Shown here: positions 9,248 through 17,798 of the stretch, piece by piece
How positions within the stretch are numbered: position 1 is the first letter of the stretch
Layout of the letters: the number at the start of each line of letters is the position of its first letter
DNA from: Pseudomonadota bacterium
GTDB taxonomy: Bacteria > Pseudomonadota > Gammaproteobacteria > Burkholderiales > Burkholderiaceae_A
DNA length: 64,000 nt
Reading direction: 5' to 3'
NCBI GenBank assembly: GCA_039800345.1
Contig: JBDLQX010000073.1
Location: forward strand, 3,697-67,696
Made by a program: the position numbers and the translations under genes
Notes under the pieces: generated by a model
Databases searched by the model: none
What the model saw: only the letters and a program-made list of their open reading frames with translations
What the model was told of the DNA's origin: nothing

Positions 9248-10477
9248 ATGACCCAAGACAACCTCATTGAAGTCATTACCGAAAACAAGCTGCCACATTA
9301 CGAACCTTATGGATGGCACCACTGGCCCGAGCACCCCTGGCTTGCCTATCAGTTTCGTCGGGGGCTGGGCGAAGTACAGGAAGGTGGTGGCGCGGTTAGC
9401 GAGGTCTTTCAGGCCGCCAGCCGCATGATCCCGGGGGACCTCGAGAGCTGGCACAAGGAATGGAAGCACATAGCCGATCGCAACTGGAAGCGCGGTGAAG
9501 AAGCAGAGGCCCAAGGACATATTCGTACCGCCATGAACTGTTTTCTGCGGGCCGCCGACTATTACCGACAGGCGGAGTTTTACCTCAAGCCCGATGATCC
9601 CCGCCGACTCCCCACCTTTGAACGCATGGAGGCATGCAGCCACCGATTCATCAGGAATCTCAACCCTGCGGGTGAAGTGGTCGACATTCCTTATGAGAAT
9701 GGCGTCTCTTTGTGCGCCTACTTTGTTCGCTCGCCTTACCCGATCGCTAAGCAGCCCGTACTGATCTGTATGGGCGGACTAGACTCCATTAAAGACGAGA
9801 TGTGGTTCATGCAGGCCAAGGGCGCCCTACAGCGCGGCATTTCTGTACTGATGATTGATGGCCCAGGGCAGGGCGGTACCCTCCGTCGTCATAAGGTGCC
9901 CAATCGGGTCGATACCGAGGTTCCTATCGGGAAGTGCATCGACTGGCTTGAGGCCCGGTCCGATATCGACAAGTCCCGGATTGCTGTGTGTGGCTCTAGT
10001 CTTGGGGGCTATTACGCGGCGCGGGCGGGCTGCTACGAGCACCGGCTGGCAGCCTGCATTGCCCATGGGGCGATATGGGCGATCACGGATCTCTGGGGTG
10101 ATGCCTCAGAAGACCATGGCCTTGCAGAGCACATTAAATGGGTCTTTGGCTCTGATTCCATGAAGTCGGCGATGGTCAAGGCCAAAGACTTTACCCTTGA
10201 GGGGCATCTCGACCATATGCGCTGCCCGTTTCTGGTGATGCATGGGGGCCATGACGTGCTCACGGTCTCGCAGGCCCAAAAGGTCTACGATTACGGCAAG
10301 GCCAAGGGCAAGGACGTCACGCTGCGGCTCTTAAGCGAAGAGGAAACGGGGGCGGAACACTGCCAGCATGACAACCCCACGATCGGGCAAGAAATTCTTG
10401 GCGATTGGCTCGCTGATCGATTTGGTATCGACCAGCGAGCATTACTAAAGAGCGGGTCGACCGCCTCTGCGCTCTAA
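9248..10477 (+). CDS. Alpha/beta hydrolase with an N-terminal helical domain (2,6-dihydroxy-pseudo-oxynicotine hydrolase / FrsA-like family)
   Basis: 409 aa. It has a 'CGSSLGGYYA' elbow, 'MHGGHDVL', and an N-terminal 'W..EW....A......A..YYRQAEFYL' helical cap that I associate with DHPON-type C-C hydrolases. Confidence 0.7.
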   Translation: MTQDNLIEVITENKLPHYEPYGWHHWPEHPWLAYQFRRGLGEVQEGGGAVSEVFQAASRMIPGDLESWHKEWKHIADRNWKRGEEAEAQGHIRTAMNCFLRAADYYRQAEFYLKPDDPRRLPTFERMEACSHRFIRNLNPAGEVVDIPYENGVSLCAYFVRSPYPIAKQPVLICMGGLDSIKDEMWFMQAKGALQRGISVLMIDGPGQGGTLRRHKVPNRVDTEVPIGKCIDWLEARSDIDKSRIAVCGSSLGGYYAARAGCYEHRLAACIAHGAIWAITDLWGDASEDHGLAEHIKWVFGSDSMKSAMVKAKDFTLEGHLDHMRCPFLVMHGGHDVLTVSQAQKVYDYGKAKGKDVTLRLLSEEETGAEHCQHDNPTIGQEILGDWLADRFGIDQRALLKSGSTASAL

Positions 10478-11610
10478 GCCTTGATCTTAAAAAGCTTCTG
10501 CGCGTTTCCGCCGACGATCAACTGCTTGTCGGTTTTTGACAGCTTTGGCACGGCGGAGATCAGCCCGAGAGGGTCGGTCTCCCCCATGTCATATGGGTAG
10601 TCAGTACCCAGCAGCACATGGTCTGCGCCAAAACGGTTAATGAGGCTCTGCAGCATGTGCGGATCGAAGGTAATGGTGTCGAAGTAAAACTTCTCCAGAT
10701 ACTTTGACGGCTTCGTCGTAATCACGGAGCGCACATCGGCCCGCTTGTGGCCGTGATCCATCCGCGCCCAATAGTGGGCAATATAGCCACCGGCATGGGC
10801 AAGAATAATTTTGAGCCGTGGATACCGTTGCATGACCCCATCGAATATCAGGTGGCTCACCGCCACAGTGGTCTCTAGCGGGTTACCGATGATGTTATTC
10901 AGGTAATGGTCTGTGAGTCGCTGAGCATGGCTAAATCCGTTGGGATGCATGAACAAGACCGCGCCGAGTTCTTGCACCTTCGCAAAAAATGCATCGAGCT
11001 TGAGGCTGGGATCGGTGAGATCCTTGCCATTGACGTTGGTACCAATCTCAATGCCTTTAAAGCCGAGAACCTTGACCGCACGCTCGAGTTCTTGAATGGC
11101 AAGGGCGCTGTCTTGCAAGGGAACGGTGCCCATGCCCATCAGCCGCGAGGGATTCTCTGCCACGATCTTTGCGATGCCGTCGTTGACCCCTTGGGCGAGC
11201 TCTAATCCGAAGCTGGGATCGGCAAAATAATAATACTGAAAGGGCGCTGGGGAGACCACCTGCAGGTCCACTCCCATTTTGTCCATGTCTTTAATGCGTG
11301 TTGGTATATCGGAGAGCTTGGGCCCACGATCACGCATCTGCTTGAAGTTGACTTCGCGTGTGAGGTCATTCGCAAAAATGTGACCAAACTCTTTTTGCAG
11401 CGGGTCGATTACAGCAGCCTTCGCCGCAATCCCAGGATTGAAGTAGTGGCAATGCACATCGATCGTCAGCGATCGTGAACCCTTGGACTTTGTTGCTTTG
11501 GGGCGCACCGCTGCTAATGGCTTCTTAGCGCTGGCAGCAGCCAATGCGGCTGCCTGTCGTCTATGTTGGTGCAGGGGGTTGGTACATCCGATTCCGCAGG
11601 TGAAAAGCAT
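10474..11610 (-). CDS. Amidohydrolase-2 (ACMSD-type) metal-dependent hydrolase/decarboxylase with a ~45-aa N-terminal extension
   Basis: 378 aa. The 'IDVHCHYF' metal motif and 'ILAHAGG', 'LGTDYPYD' are typical of the ACMSD/LigW/PicC-type family. GGGAGA lies 7 nt before the ATG at 11610, which supports the long N-terminus. Confidence 0.85.
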   Translation of the reverse strand: MLFTCGIGCTNPLHQHRRQAAALAAASAKKPLAAVRPKATKSKGSRSLTIDVHCHYFNPGIAAKAAVIDPLQKEFGHIFANDLTREVNFKQMRDRGPKLSDIPTRIKDMDKMGVDLQVVSPAPFQYYYFADPSFGLELAQGVNDGIAKIVAENPSRLMGMGTVPLQDSALAIQELERAVKVLGFKGIEIGTNVNGKDLTDPSLKLDAFFAKVQELGAVLFMHPNGFSHAQRLTDHYLNNIIGNPLETTVAVSHLIFDGVMQRYPRLKIILAHAGGYIAHYWARMDHGHKRADVRSVITTKPSKYLEKFYFDTITFDPHMLQSLINRFGADHVLLGTDYPYDMGETDPLGLISAVPKLSKTDKQLIVGGNAQKLFKIKA

Positions 11611-11664
11611 TGCATGGTCTCCCTAAAAAATAGTCTGATTCGACTGTAACTGAACCTCCCCTTC

Positions 11665-11680
11665 TTAATCAATTGATTAA
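11665..11680. promoter_or_regulatory. Perfect 16-bp palindrome TTAATCAATTGATTAA in a divergent promoter region (candidate operator)
   Basis: The sequence equals its own reverse complement. It lies 55 nt from the amidohydrolase start (11610, -) and 135 nt from the CocE-like start (11815, +). Confidence 0.5.
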
Positions 11681-11814
11681 TAAGCAAGGGTTTCTACCAC
11701 TCCAAGAGTGGGGCTAGAGCGTGTCTACTTACGTCATTAAAACAATAACGTTCATCGTCTCGCTTTGATCCAAAAATAAAGCCTTTATGACACTGAGAGG
11801 AGCACTGTTTCGCT

Positions 11815-13566
11815 ATGAGTTACGTCACCCGATCTGAGACCCGCGAGGGCATGCGTATTGATTGGAATGTCCGCATTCCCGCCCGTGATGGCCTTGAACT
11901 TCTCGCCGATGTCTTTCGGCCCATCAAGCCAGGCAAGTACCCGGTCATCATGAGTTATGGCCCCTATGGAAAGGGCCTCGCCTTTCAGGATGGCTACAAG
12001 ACCGCCTGGAATGTCATGGCGGAAAAGCATCCTGATGTCACAGCCAACTCCACCAACAAGCACCAGAACTGGGAAGTCGTTGATCCTGAGAAATGGGTCC
12101 CAGAGGGCTACGTATGCATCCGTGTCGACTCCCGTGGGGCTGGTGCCTCCCCCGGGTACATGGCGCTCTGGAGCCCACAAGAGTCGGAGGATTTTTACGA
12201 CAGCATCGAATGGGCGGGTGTACAACCCTGGAGCAATGGCAAGGTGGGTCTCAACGGAATTTCTTATTACGGCATGAACCAGTGGCAGGTGGCTCAGCTT
12301 CAACCCCCTCACCTGGCGGCGATCTGCATTTGGGAGGGCGCTTCAGACTTCTACCGCGATCTCAGCCATCACGGGGGCATCCTCTGTGACTTTTTGAAGA
12401 ACTGGTATGACATGCAGGTCAGAACCGTCCAGCATGGTCTGGGCTCTAAGGGCCCGAAGAGTCGGGTGACGGGCGAGCCGGTGTGCGGCACGAAAAAGCT
12501 CCCCGATGAAGAACTCGAAAGCAATCGGGAGAACCTGGCCAAGTCGGCCCTTAAGCATGCGCTCGATGATGAGTATTGGCGTGCACGTACCCCCGATTTC
12601 AAGAAGATCAAGGTGCCGATGCTCTCGGCGGCGAACTGGGGAGGCCAGGGACTGCACCCGCGGGGCAACTTCGAGGGATTCCTCCGGTCAGCCTCAAAAG
12701 ACAAGTGGTTAGAAGTCCACGGGATTGAGCACTGGACCCACTTCTACACCGACTACGGGCGCGAGATCCAACTGCGGTTTTTTGACTACTTCCTCAAGGG
12801 CAAGAAAAACGGCTGGAATAAGCAGCCAAAGGTGCAGCTGCAGGTTCGTCACGTAGATAAGTTCGTGCAGCGCGTGGAAAAAGACTGGCCTCTGCCGGGC
12901 ACGAAATGGACCAAGCTCTATCTCGACAACGCCTCCCAGAACCTCTCGGCCAAACCGACAGAGCGGCTCGCGAAGGCCTCTTACGCGGGATTGTCTGACG
13001 GGCTTACCTACATGTTGCCGGCCCAGGATGAGGACATGGAGATTACCGGGCCCATCGCGGTCAAACTCTTTGCTTCTTCTTCCACCGTTGATACGGATTT
13101 CTTTGTGGTCTTGCGTGTGTTTAGCCCCGACCTCAAGGAAGTGGTCTTTCAGGGTGCACTTGATCCGCACACGCCTATTGGACAGGGCTGGCTGCGTGCC
13201 TCGCATCGCAAGCTTGACCCCAAGCTCAGCAAGCACTACCGCCCTTACCATCCGCACGACGAGGTAGAGCCTCTCAAGCCGGGCCGGGTCTACGAGTTTG
13301 ATATTGAGGTCGTTCCCACCTGTATTGTGGTGCCGGCAGGCCATCGTGTGGCTTTGAGCATTCGTGGCAAAGACTATGTCTACCCGGGCCCTGCAGGCCA
13401 TCTCTCTAACATGAAGTATCCGATGACCGGCTGTGGGCCGTTTACCCACACGGACCCCAAAGACCGGCCCGAGAAGATCTTCAACGGCGAGGTCACGCTT
13501 TATTCCGGTCCGGGGAAGGCCTCGTATGTACAGATCCCGGTTATTCCCTCACGTCGCAGAAAGTAG
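11815..13566 (+). CDS. CocE/NonD family (X-Pro dipeptidyl-peptidase S15-like) serine hydrolase
   Basis: 583 aa. 'VRIPARDGLELLADVFRP', 'PVIMSYGPYGK', the 'GLNGISYYG' elbow and a large C-terminal jelly-roll-length region are typical of CocE/NonD hydrolases. Confidence 0.85.
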   Translation: MSYVTRSETREGMRIDWNVRIPARDGLELLADVFRPIKPGKYPVIMSYGPYGKGLAFQDGYKTAWNVMAEKHPDVTANSTNKHQNWEVVDPEKWVPEGYVCIRVDSRGAGASPGYMALWSPQESEDFYDSIEWAGVQPWSNGKVGLNGISYYGMNQWQVAQLQPPHLAAICIWEGASDFYRDLSHHGGILCDFLKNWYDMQVRTVQHGLGSKGPKSRVTGEPVCGTKKLPDEELESNRENLAKSALKHALDDEYWRARTPDFKKIKVPMLSAANWGGQGLHPRGNFEGFLRSASKDKWLEVHGIEHWTHFYTDYGREIQLRFFDYFLKGKKNGWNKQPKVQLQVRHVDKFVQRVEKDWPLPGTKWTKLYLDNASQNLSAKPTERLAKASYAGLSDGLTYMLPAQDEDMEITGPIAVKLFASSSTVDTDFFVVLRVFSPDLKEVVFQGALDPHTPIGQGWLRASHRKLDPKLSKHYRPYHPHDEVEPLKPGRVYEFDIEVVPTCIVVPAGHRVALSIRGKDYVYPGPAGHLSNMKYPMTGCGPFTHTDPKDRPEKIFNGEVTLYSGPGKASYVQIPVIPSRRRK

Positions 13567-13575
13567 GGCTCGCTT

Positions 13576-14235
13576 ATGAAGATGTATGGTTTCTGGCGGT
13601 CCCTGGCCGCCTACCGTGTACGCGTCGCTTTGAAGCTCAAAGGTCTCGCCTACTCCGAAGAGGCGGTGAATCTTTTGGCGGGAGAGCAGCACGACCCGTC
13701 CTACCTCAAGATCAATCCTCAGGGCGCAGTGCCCGCACTCGTGCTTGACGACGGAACCATTCTGTCGCAGTCGATGGCCATTCTGGAGTACCTCGAGGAG
13801 GCCTACCCGCAGCAACACCCCTTGCTTCCTGCCGATGCGAAGGGGCGCGCGCGGGTGCGGTCGCTCTGCCACCTAGCGGTCTCCGACAGCCATCCTCTTC
13901 TGGTGCCGCGCATTCGCAGTTACCTGAGTAAAGACCTAGCGCTGGGTGATGCGGTCACCGCGAAATGGCTCAACCACTGGTCAGACCGCTCGCTTGCAGT
14001 CTTTAACGAGCGCCTGAGTCAAGAGCCGCAGGCAGGAAAGTACTGTCATGGCGACACGGTAACGATTGCTGACATCTGCCTCGCTTCGCAGGTGGTCGGT
14101 GCCACGGGATTCTTCGGCTGCAGCCTCGATGCCTATCCCAAGGTTCGCGCGGTCTATGAGGCGCTGAGCCGTATCGATGCCTTTGAGTCTGCCCTGCCAA
14201 AGAATCAGCCCGGTGCTCCGTCGGCAGCGCATTGA
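13576..14235 (+). CDS. maiA: Zeta-class glutathione S-transferase: maleylacetoacetate/maleylpyruvate isomerase
   Basis: 219 aa. The N-terminus 'MKMYGFWRSLAAYRVRVALKLKGL' matches the zeta-GST 'SS..YRVRIAL' signature region. Confidence 0.8.
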   Translation: MKMYGFWRSLAAYRVRVALKLKGLAYSEEAVNLLAGEQHDPSYLKINPQGAVPALVLDDGTILSQSMAILEYLEEAYPQQHPLLPADAKGRARVRSLCHLAVSDSHPLLVPRIRSYLSKDLALGDAVTAKWLNHWSDRSLAVFNERLSQEPQAGKYCHGDTVTIADICLASQVVGATGFFGCSLDAYPKVRAVYEALSRIDAFESALPKNQPGAPSAAH

Positions 14236-14289
14236 TTTGCGGGGCCAAGTTATTGCATCCGTCAACGCTCTCTTGAGAAAGGACAGACT

Positions 14290-15180
14290 GTGAAGATCGG
14301 ATTGATCGGGACCGGAAGAATGGGTAAAGCCATTGTTCTGCGGCTCTTAGATAAGGGCTACCAGGTACTGGTATGGAATCGCACGACTGACAAACTCAAA
14401 GATCTTCAGACCGCGGGGGCGGTACTGGCGCAGACACCCGCCGCCCTGACGCAGGGATCCGACGTCGTCATTTCCATTCTCACAAATGCCGAGGCCCAGC
14501 AGGCCGTGTTCGAGTCGCCGGGCTCGGGCATCCTCTCCACAGACATTCGTGGCAAGTTGTTCATTGAGATGAGCACGGTGCGGCCAGAGTCTTCCAAGGC
14601 GCTTGAAAGAAAGGTGGAAGCCCTGGGGGGGCGGTTCGTTGAGAGTCCTGTCGGTGGCACCACAGGCCCCGCGCGTGAGGGAAAACTTTTCGCGTTTGTG
14701 GGGGCGAAGCCCGAGGCCTTTGCGGCTGCTCAGCCTCTCCTATCCGACCTTTGTCGCCGGGTAGAGCATGTGGGGCCGGTGGGCGCGGGCAGCAGCCTAA
14801 AGCTCGCGGTCAATCTGCCATTACTCGTATTCTGGCAGGCCTTCGGTGAGGCACTCTCACTGGTGTCACACCTGAATATCCCGCCGGAGCGGCTCATCGA
14901 TATTCTGTCTGACACCCCCGGTGCCTCAGGCGCATTTAAAGCACGGTCTCAGCAGTTTGTTGCCCGTCTGCAAGGTCAGCCGCCGTTTAACGCGTCTTTT
15001 AATTTATTTTCCATTCGAAAAGATCTTCAGACCATGAAGGCGGAGGCCGAGAGTCTCGGTATTCCCGTTCCTGTTGTCACCGCAGCCATTCAAGCGTACG
15101 ACGAGGCGGTGCGCTCTGGTCTAGAAGACAGCGACAGTATTGAGCAGAGTCTCTATTGGCGGTCTAAAGCCAAGAAGTAG
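14290..15180 (+). CDS. NAD(P)-dependent beta-hydroxyacid dehydrogenase (3-hydroxyisobutyrate dehydrogenase family)
   Basis: GTG start preceded by AAAGGA. 'MKIGLIGTGRMG' is a Rossmann motif, and the 296-aa length is typical of the HIBADH/6PGDH-NAD-binding family. Confidence 0.85.
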   Translation: MKIGLIGTGRMGKAIVLRLLDKGYQVLVWNRTTDKLKDLQTAGAVLAQTPAALTQGSDVVISILTNAEAQQAVFESPGSGILSTDIRGKLFIEMSTVRPESSKALERKVEALGGRFVESPVGGTTGPAREGKLFAFVGAKPEAFAAAQPLLSDLCRRVEHVGPVGAGSSLKLAVNLPLLVFWQAFGEALSLVSHLNIPPERLIDILSDTPGASGAFKARSQQFVARLQGQPPFNASFNLFSIRKDLQTMKAEAESLGIPVPVVTAAIQAYDEAVRSGLEDSDSIEQSLYWRSKAKK

Positions 15181-15210
15181 CAAGCAGATCAACCTGAGGA
15201 GAGGGTGGTT

Positions 15211-16530
15211 ATGGATCCGATTGATATAGGCCTTATTGGCTCAGCAGTCTTTGTGCTCATTACATTCCTAAGAGTGCCCATCGCCTACGGAATGTTCATT
15301 GTTGGTCTCGGTGGATTGATGTTAATTTATCCGCCAGAGAGCTCTTTTCAGTTCCTCCCCACAGGACTTTTTTCCTACACCTCAAACTTCTCGCTCGCGG
15401 CGCTTCCGCTCTTTATTCTGATGGGGCATCTTGCCTTTCATGCAGACATTGGCAAAGATGCCTATGATGCCGCTAAGGCGTGGGTAGGAAGGGTTCCGGG
15501 AGGCCTCGGCGTCGGTACCGTCTACTCGTCAGCACTTTTCGGGGCTGTCTCTGGATCGAGCCTGTCTGAGGTGGCTGTCTTCTCAAAGATTGCGGTTCCG
15601 GAGATGATCAAGGCCGGCTATAGCAAGCGCCTTGCGACCGGCGTGGTAGCCTCAGCGGGATGCCTCGGTGTCCTGATTCCGCCAAGTATTCTCTTAATCT
15701 TTTTCGGCATCTTGACCGAGACCTCGATTGGCCAGCTCTTTATCGCAGGAATCATTCCGGGCATCCTCTATGCAGTGATCATGGCGACCACCCTCATGGT
15801 GGTCTGCGCCATTTTTCCAAACATAGCCCCAAAGTCCAGTAACTTCGATACTTCGTGGGTTGCCAAGATTCGGACCCTTAAGAACCTCTGGGCCGTCTTG
15901 TTGTTATTTGTCATCGTCCTGGGTGCGATCTATACCGGCTGGGCTACACCGGACGAGGCCGCCGCGGTGGGAGTGATGGGATCTCTCTTGATTGTGTTTA
16001 TGCGTGGAAAGCTCTCCATTAGCATTCTGAAAGAGTCCGCTATTGATAGCGCGAAGGGCAGCGCCATGATTTTCCTGCTCCTAGGGGCGGGCTCAATCTT
16101 CGCGACCTTTCTCTCCTCCACAGGGGTGGTGGGGGCCTCCACGGCGTTTATTACGGGACTTGACATCCCCTTCTGGGCCCTGATGCTTGGAATTGTCCTC
16201 CTCTATCTCGTTCTTGGCTGCTTCCTCGATGCCATCTCCATGATGGTTCTCACGATGCCCTTGATCGTGCCACTCATTGAGGCCCACGATATGAGCCTTG
16301 TCTGGTTTGGGGTGGTGGTCACTATGATGATGGCGGTAGGTGCGATTACCCCGCCGATGGGACTGAACTGCTTTGTAATGAAGGGAGCCTTGGGAGATCA
16401 GGTGGAGTTAAAGGACATCTTTATTGGGGCCACGCCGTTTGTGTTCCTCATGCTCTTTACCGTGGGCCTGTTCATCGCGTTCCCCCAGATTATTCTCTGG
16501 CTTCCCGAGCTAATGCGGTCAATGCGCTAA
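15211..16530 (+). CDS. TRAP transporter large permease (DctM-type)
   Basis: About 439 aa and highly hydrophobic, with typical DctM features ('LPLFILMG', 'GIIPGILY'). The ATG at 15211 lies 6 nt after GAGGAGAGG. The track's GTG at 15205 is less likely. Confidence 0.9.
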   Translation: MDPIDIGLIGSAVFVLITFLRVPIAYGMFIVGLGGLMLIYPPESSFQFLPTGLFSYTSNFSLAALPLFILMGHLAFHADIGKDAYDAAKAWVGRVPGGLGVGTVYSSALFGAVSGSSLSEVAVFSKIAVPEMIKAGYSKRLATGVVASAGCLGVLIPPSILLIFFGILTETSIGQLFIAGIIPGILYAVIMATTLMVVCAIFPNIAPKSSNFDTSWVAKIRTLKNLWAVLLLFVIVLGAIYTGWATPDEAAAVGVMGSLLIVFMRGKLSISILKESAIDSAKGSAMIFLLLGAGSIFATFLSSTGVVGASTAFITGLDIPFWALMLGIVLLYLVLGCFLDAISMMVLTMPLIVPLIEAHDMSLVWFGVVVTMMMAVGAITPPMGLNCFVMKGALGDQVELKDIFIGATPFVFLMLFTVGLFIAFPQIILWLPELMRSMR

Positions 16531-16542
16531 GGAGCGAACATC

Positions 16543-17055
16543 ATGGAAAAGATTATTGAGGCCTATGAGCGGATCTATCGTCGATGGATTCCTGCGGTTA
16601 TTTCCCTCCCGCTGGCACTAATGACTGTCATTGTTTTTTTTAATGCGATCGGACGGAAACTGGGGTTTCCTTTCCCTCTTACGGTAGAGTCCGTCGAGGC
16701 CCTAATCGTGGTCTCTGTCTATTTTGGCGTCGCCTTGGTGGCACTGGAAAACGGTCACGTGAACGTTACCTTCGCAACGGACAAGCTCGGGCCGCGCGTG
16801 AACCGTTACATCGATGGCGTTGGTCATCTCCTGGCCTTCGCCACCTTTGCCTTTCTCACCGTTGCGGCCTGGGTTATCGCGATCGAATCCATCAAGATTT
16901 TTGAGTATCGGCTGGCCGTTGCGCGGTTTCCGCTCTGGCCGTTTAAGACGCTCTTTGCCCTGGGCCTTACCTTTATGTCTGTGCAGTTATTCTTCAATTC
17001 CTATAAATACCTTTTTCTCAACAAGACTACTGGCGCGCAGGAAGCGACTAACTAG
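16543..17055 (+). CDS. TRAP transporter small permease (DctQ-type), located downstream of the large permease
   Basis: 170 aa, 4 predicted TM segments, AAGGAG SD. The position after dctM is unusual. Confidence 0.85.
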   Translation: MEKIIEAYERIYRRWIPAVISLPLALMTVIVFFNAIGRKLGFPFPLTVESVEALIVVSVYFGVALVALENGHVNVTFATDKLGPRVNRYIDGVGHLLAFATFAFLTVAAWVIAIESIKIFEYRLAVARFPLWPFKTLFALGLTFMSVQLFFNSYKYLFLNKTTGAQEATN

Positions 17056-17118
17056 AAATGGACTCAAAATAGAAATGGACGAATGGTCTCCTGTACCCTA
17101 TGAAAGGCCAATTTCTGG

Positions 17119-17736
17119 ATGAATCTGGCGAACGAGTTTCTTTTGAATGCTCCGCGCAGCGCGGTCTGGGCTGGGCTTACCAACCCAGAGATTGCGGTGC
17201 CTTGCATGCCTGGTACCGAGCTCAATGAGCGCGTCGGAGAGAACGGCTTTAAGGCGACTGTGAGTCTGAAGGTTGGCCCCGTAAAGCTGCAGTTTCGGGG
17301 GGAGGGAGAGCTGATGAACCTCTCGGCCGATGGCTCGTACGGTGAGGTGGTGGCCAAGGGCAGCGACAGCAAAGGCCGGGGGGGGTTTAAGGCAGAGATG
17401 AAGTTTAGGCTTTCTGAGGAAGGCAGTCAGAAGTGCCGGGTACAGGTAGATACCGAACTCTCACTGACAGGCTCGGTGGCCCAGTACGGGCGAGGCGTTG
17501 GGATCGTAAAGGAGGTGGCTGGACAACTGACCAGTGACTTTACGAAAAACCTCGAATCTCGCGTAATGCCCGCCGCAGGGGCTTCTGCTGCAGCCGAGGG
17601 GGTCATCAATACGTCCGCCACCGCCCAGGCGCTCCGACCGGGCAGTGAGGCGCAGGGCTCCTCTATAAACGTATTCTCGCTTGTATTCTCGAGCTTTTTT
17701 CGCTGGATTCGTTCCCTCTTTGCGCCGAGGTCTTAG
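17119..17736 (+). CDS. CoxG-like SRPBCC-fold protein with a C-terminal hydrophobic/amphipathic tail
   Basis: 205 aa. 'FLLNAPRSAVWAGLTNPEIAVPCMPG' is the CoxG/SRPBCC N-terminus. The tail '...INVFSLVFSSFFRWIRSLF' follows an Ala/Ser-rich linker. Confidence 0.8.
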   Translation: MNLANEFLLNAPRSAVWAGLTNPEIAVPCMPGTELNERVGENGFKATVSLKVGPVKLQFRGEGELMNLSADGSYGEVVAKGSDSKGRGGFKAEMKFRLSEEGSQKCRVQVDTELSLTGSVAQYGRGVGIVKEVAGQLTSDFTKNLESRVMPAAGASAAAEGVINTSATAQALRPGSEAQGSSINVFSLVFSSFFRWIRSLFAPRS

Positions 17737-17798
17737 CCAATCATGACGCCTCTAAGACTCTTTGATAAACCCATCCATGACGAGATCGTGTACACCGA

